Origin: Saccostrea echinata | Lineage: Eukaryota | Direction of reading: 5' to 3' | NCBI RefSeq assembly: GCF_033153115.1 | Contig: NW_026889753.1 | Location: 3,782,001 to 3,846,000, forward strand | Length of the DNA stretch: 64,000 bases | Part shown: positions 63,533 to 64,000 of the stretch, in pieces | How positions within the stretch are numbered: position 1 is the first letter of the stretch | Layout: each line of letters starts with the position of its first letter | Translations under genes and position numbers: made by a program | The notes under the pieces: model-generated | Told to the model about the DNA's origin: nothing | Database searches by the model: none | What the model saw: the letters and a program-made list of their open reading frames with translations, nothing else

Positions 63533-64000
63533 ATGGCGTACGCTTCGTACTCCGTACAGAAATTGAAAAAAGAATTGATGTTGCGCGGCGCTGTAACTAC
63601 GGGAAGAAAAACAGATCTCATAGAAAGGTAAGAAAAACACTAATACTGTTAAAAATAAACGATTTTCATTGAAGTAATCGTAATATGATTAAAATAATTA
63701 GGGTTATCAGAGTCAAGTCACACGAGTGCTACATTGTCAGTGATTGTACTGACATTATGCCTACAAAAACTGTTAAACAAATTTCATATTACTGTGTAGG
63801 TTGGAAGCATACGAACGAAATTTTAACTTTAGCGGTCCCGTAATAGAGCTGCCAGCGGAAAGGAAGGTAGACTGGCCCACCACTGGGTATAAACAAATTA
63901 CATCAGAGCATTATGACTTATTGCCACATAGGCCCTATATCAGAAGCCCATATCGAAGGTACAGTAATATGGGGGAAAATCGCTTAAGTATGTTAAAAAA
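63533..64000 (+). CDS. 5' part of a spliced SAP-domain ORF (exons 63533-63627 and from 63800), probably transposon-borne and possibly frameshifted
   Basis: MAYASYSVQKLKKELMLRGAVTTGRKTDLIER|LEAYERN fits the SAP consensus (LxxELxxRGxxxxGxKxDLIxRL); GT-AG intron in phase 2. Confidence 0.7.

Overview
AT-rich, repeat-dense animal genomic DNA, not prokaryotic. A bivalve, probably an oyster, is inferred from the 166-bp satellite-bearing Helentron-like repeats, Meta-type SINEs and intronless nAChR-like genes. Genes, left to right: (1) a head-to-head pair of intronless, non-alpha Cys-loop receptor genes (6063-7295 -, 7958-9280 +) that have lost most canonical acetylcholine-binding residues; (2) a small spliced four-EF-hand gene on - (exons 15782-17955, first exon unresolved); (3) a long multi-exon DAXX orthologue on - (27285 to ~50890, >1350 aa, several SUMO-interacting motifs, first coding exon cut by a 142-N gap); (4) two tandem intronless TIR + ankyrin-like genes (56646-58052, 61849-63258) with a near-identical TIR tract and divergent C-termini; (5) the start of a spliced SAP-domain ORF at the right edge. 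The rest is transposon-derived: mariner, hAT, Sola-like, TTAA-type and Helentron-type non-autonomous elements, SINEs, and Penelope-like and CR1-like fragments, including a four- to five-level nest in one DAXX intron. The most unusual non-coding signal is a 2.3-kb TIR element beside the EF-hand gene. It carries seven same-orientation copies of a 15-bp motif separated by unrelated spacers at ~1x or 2x 170-200 bp, and each copy contains the metal-response-element core TGCACTC. All coordinates and counts are from manual reading; no database searches were run.
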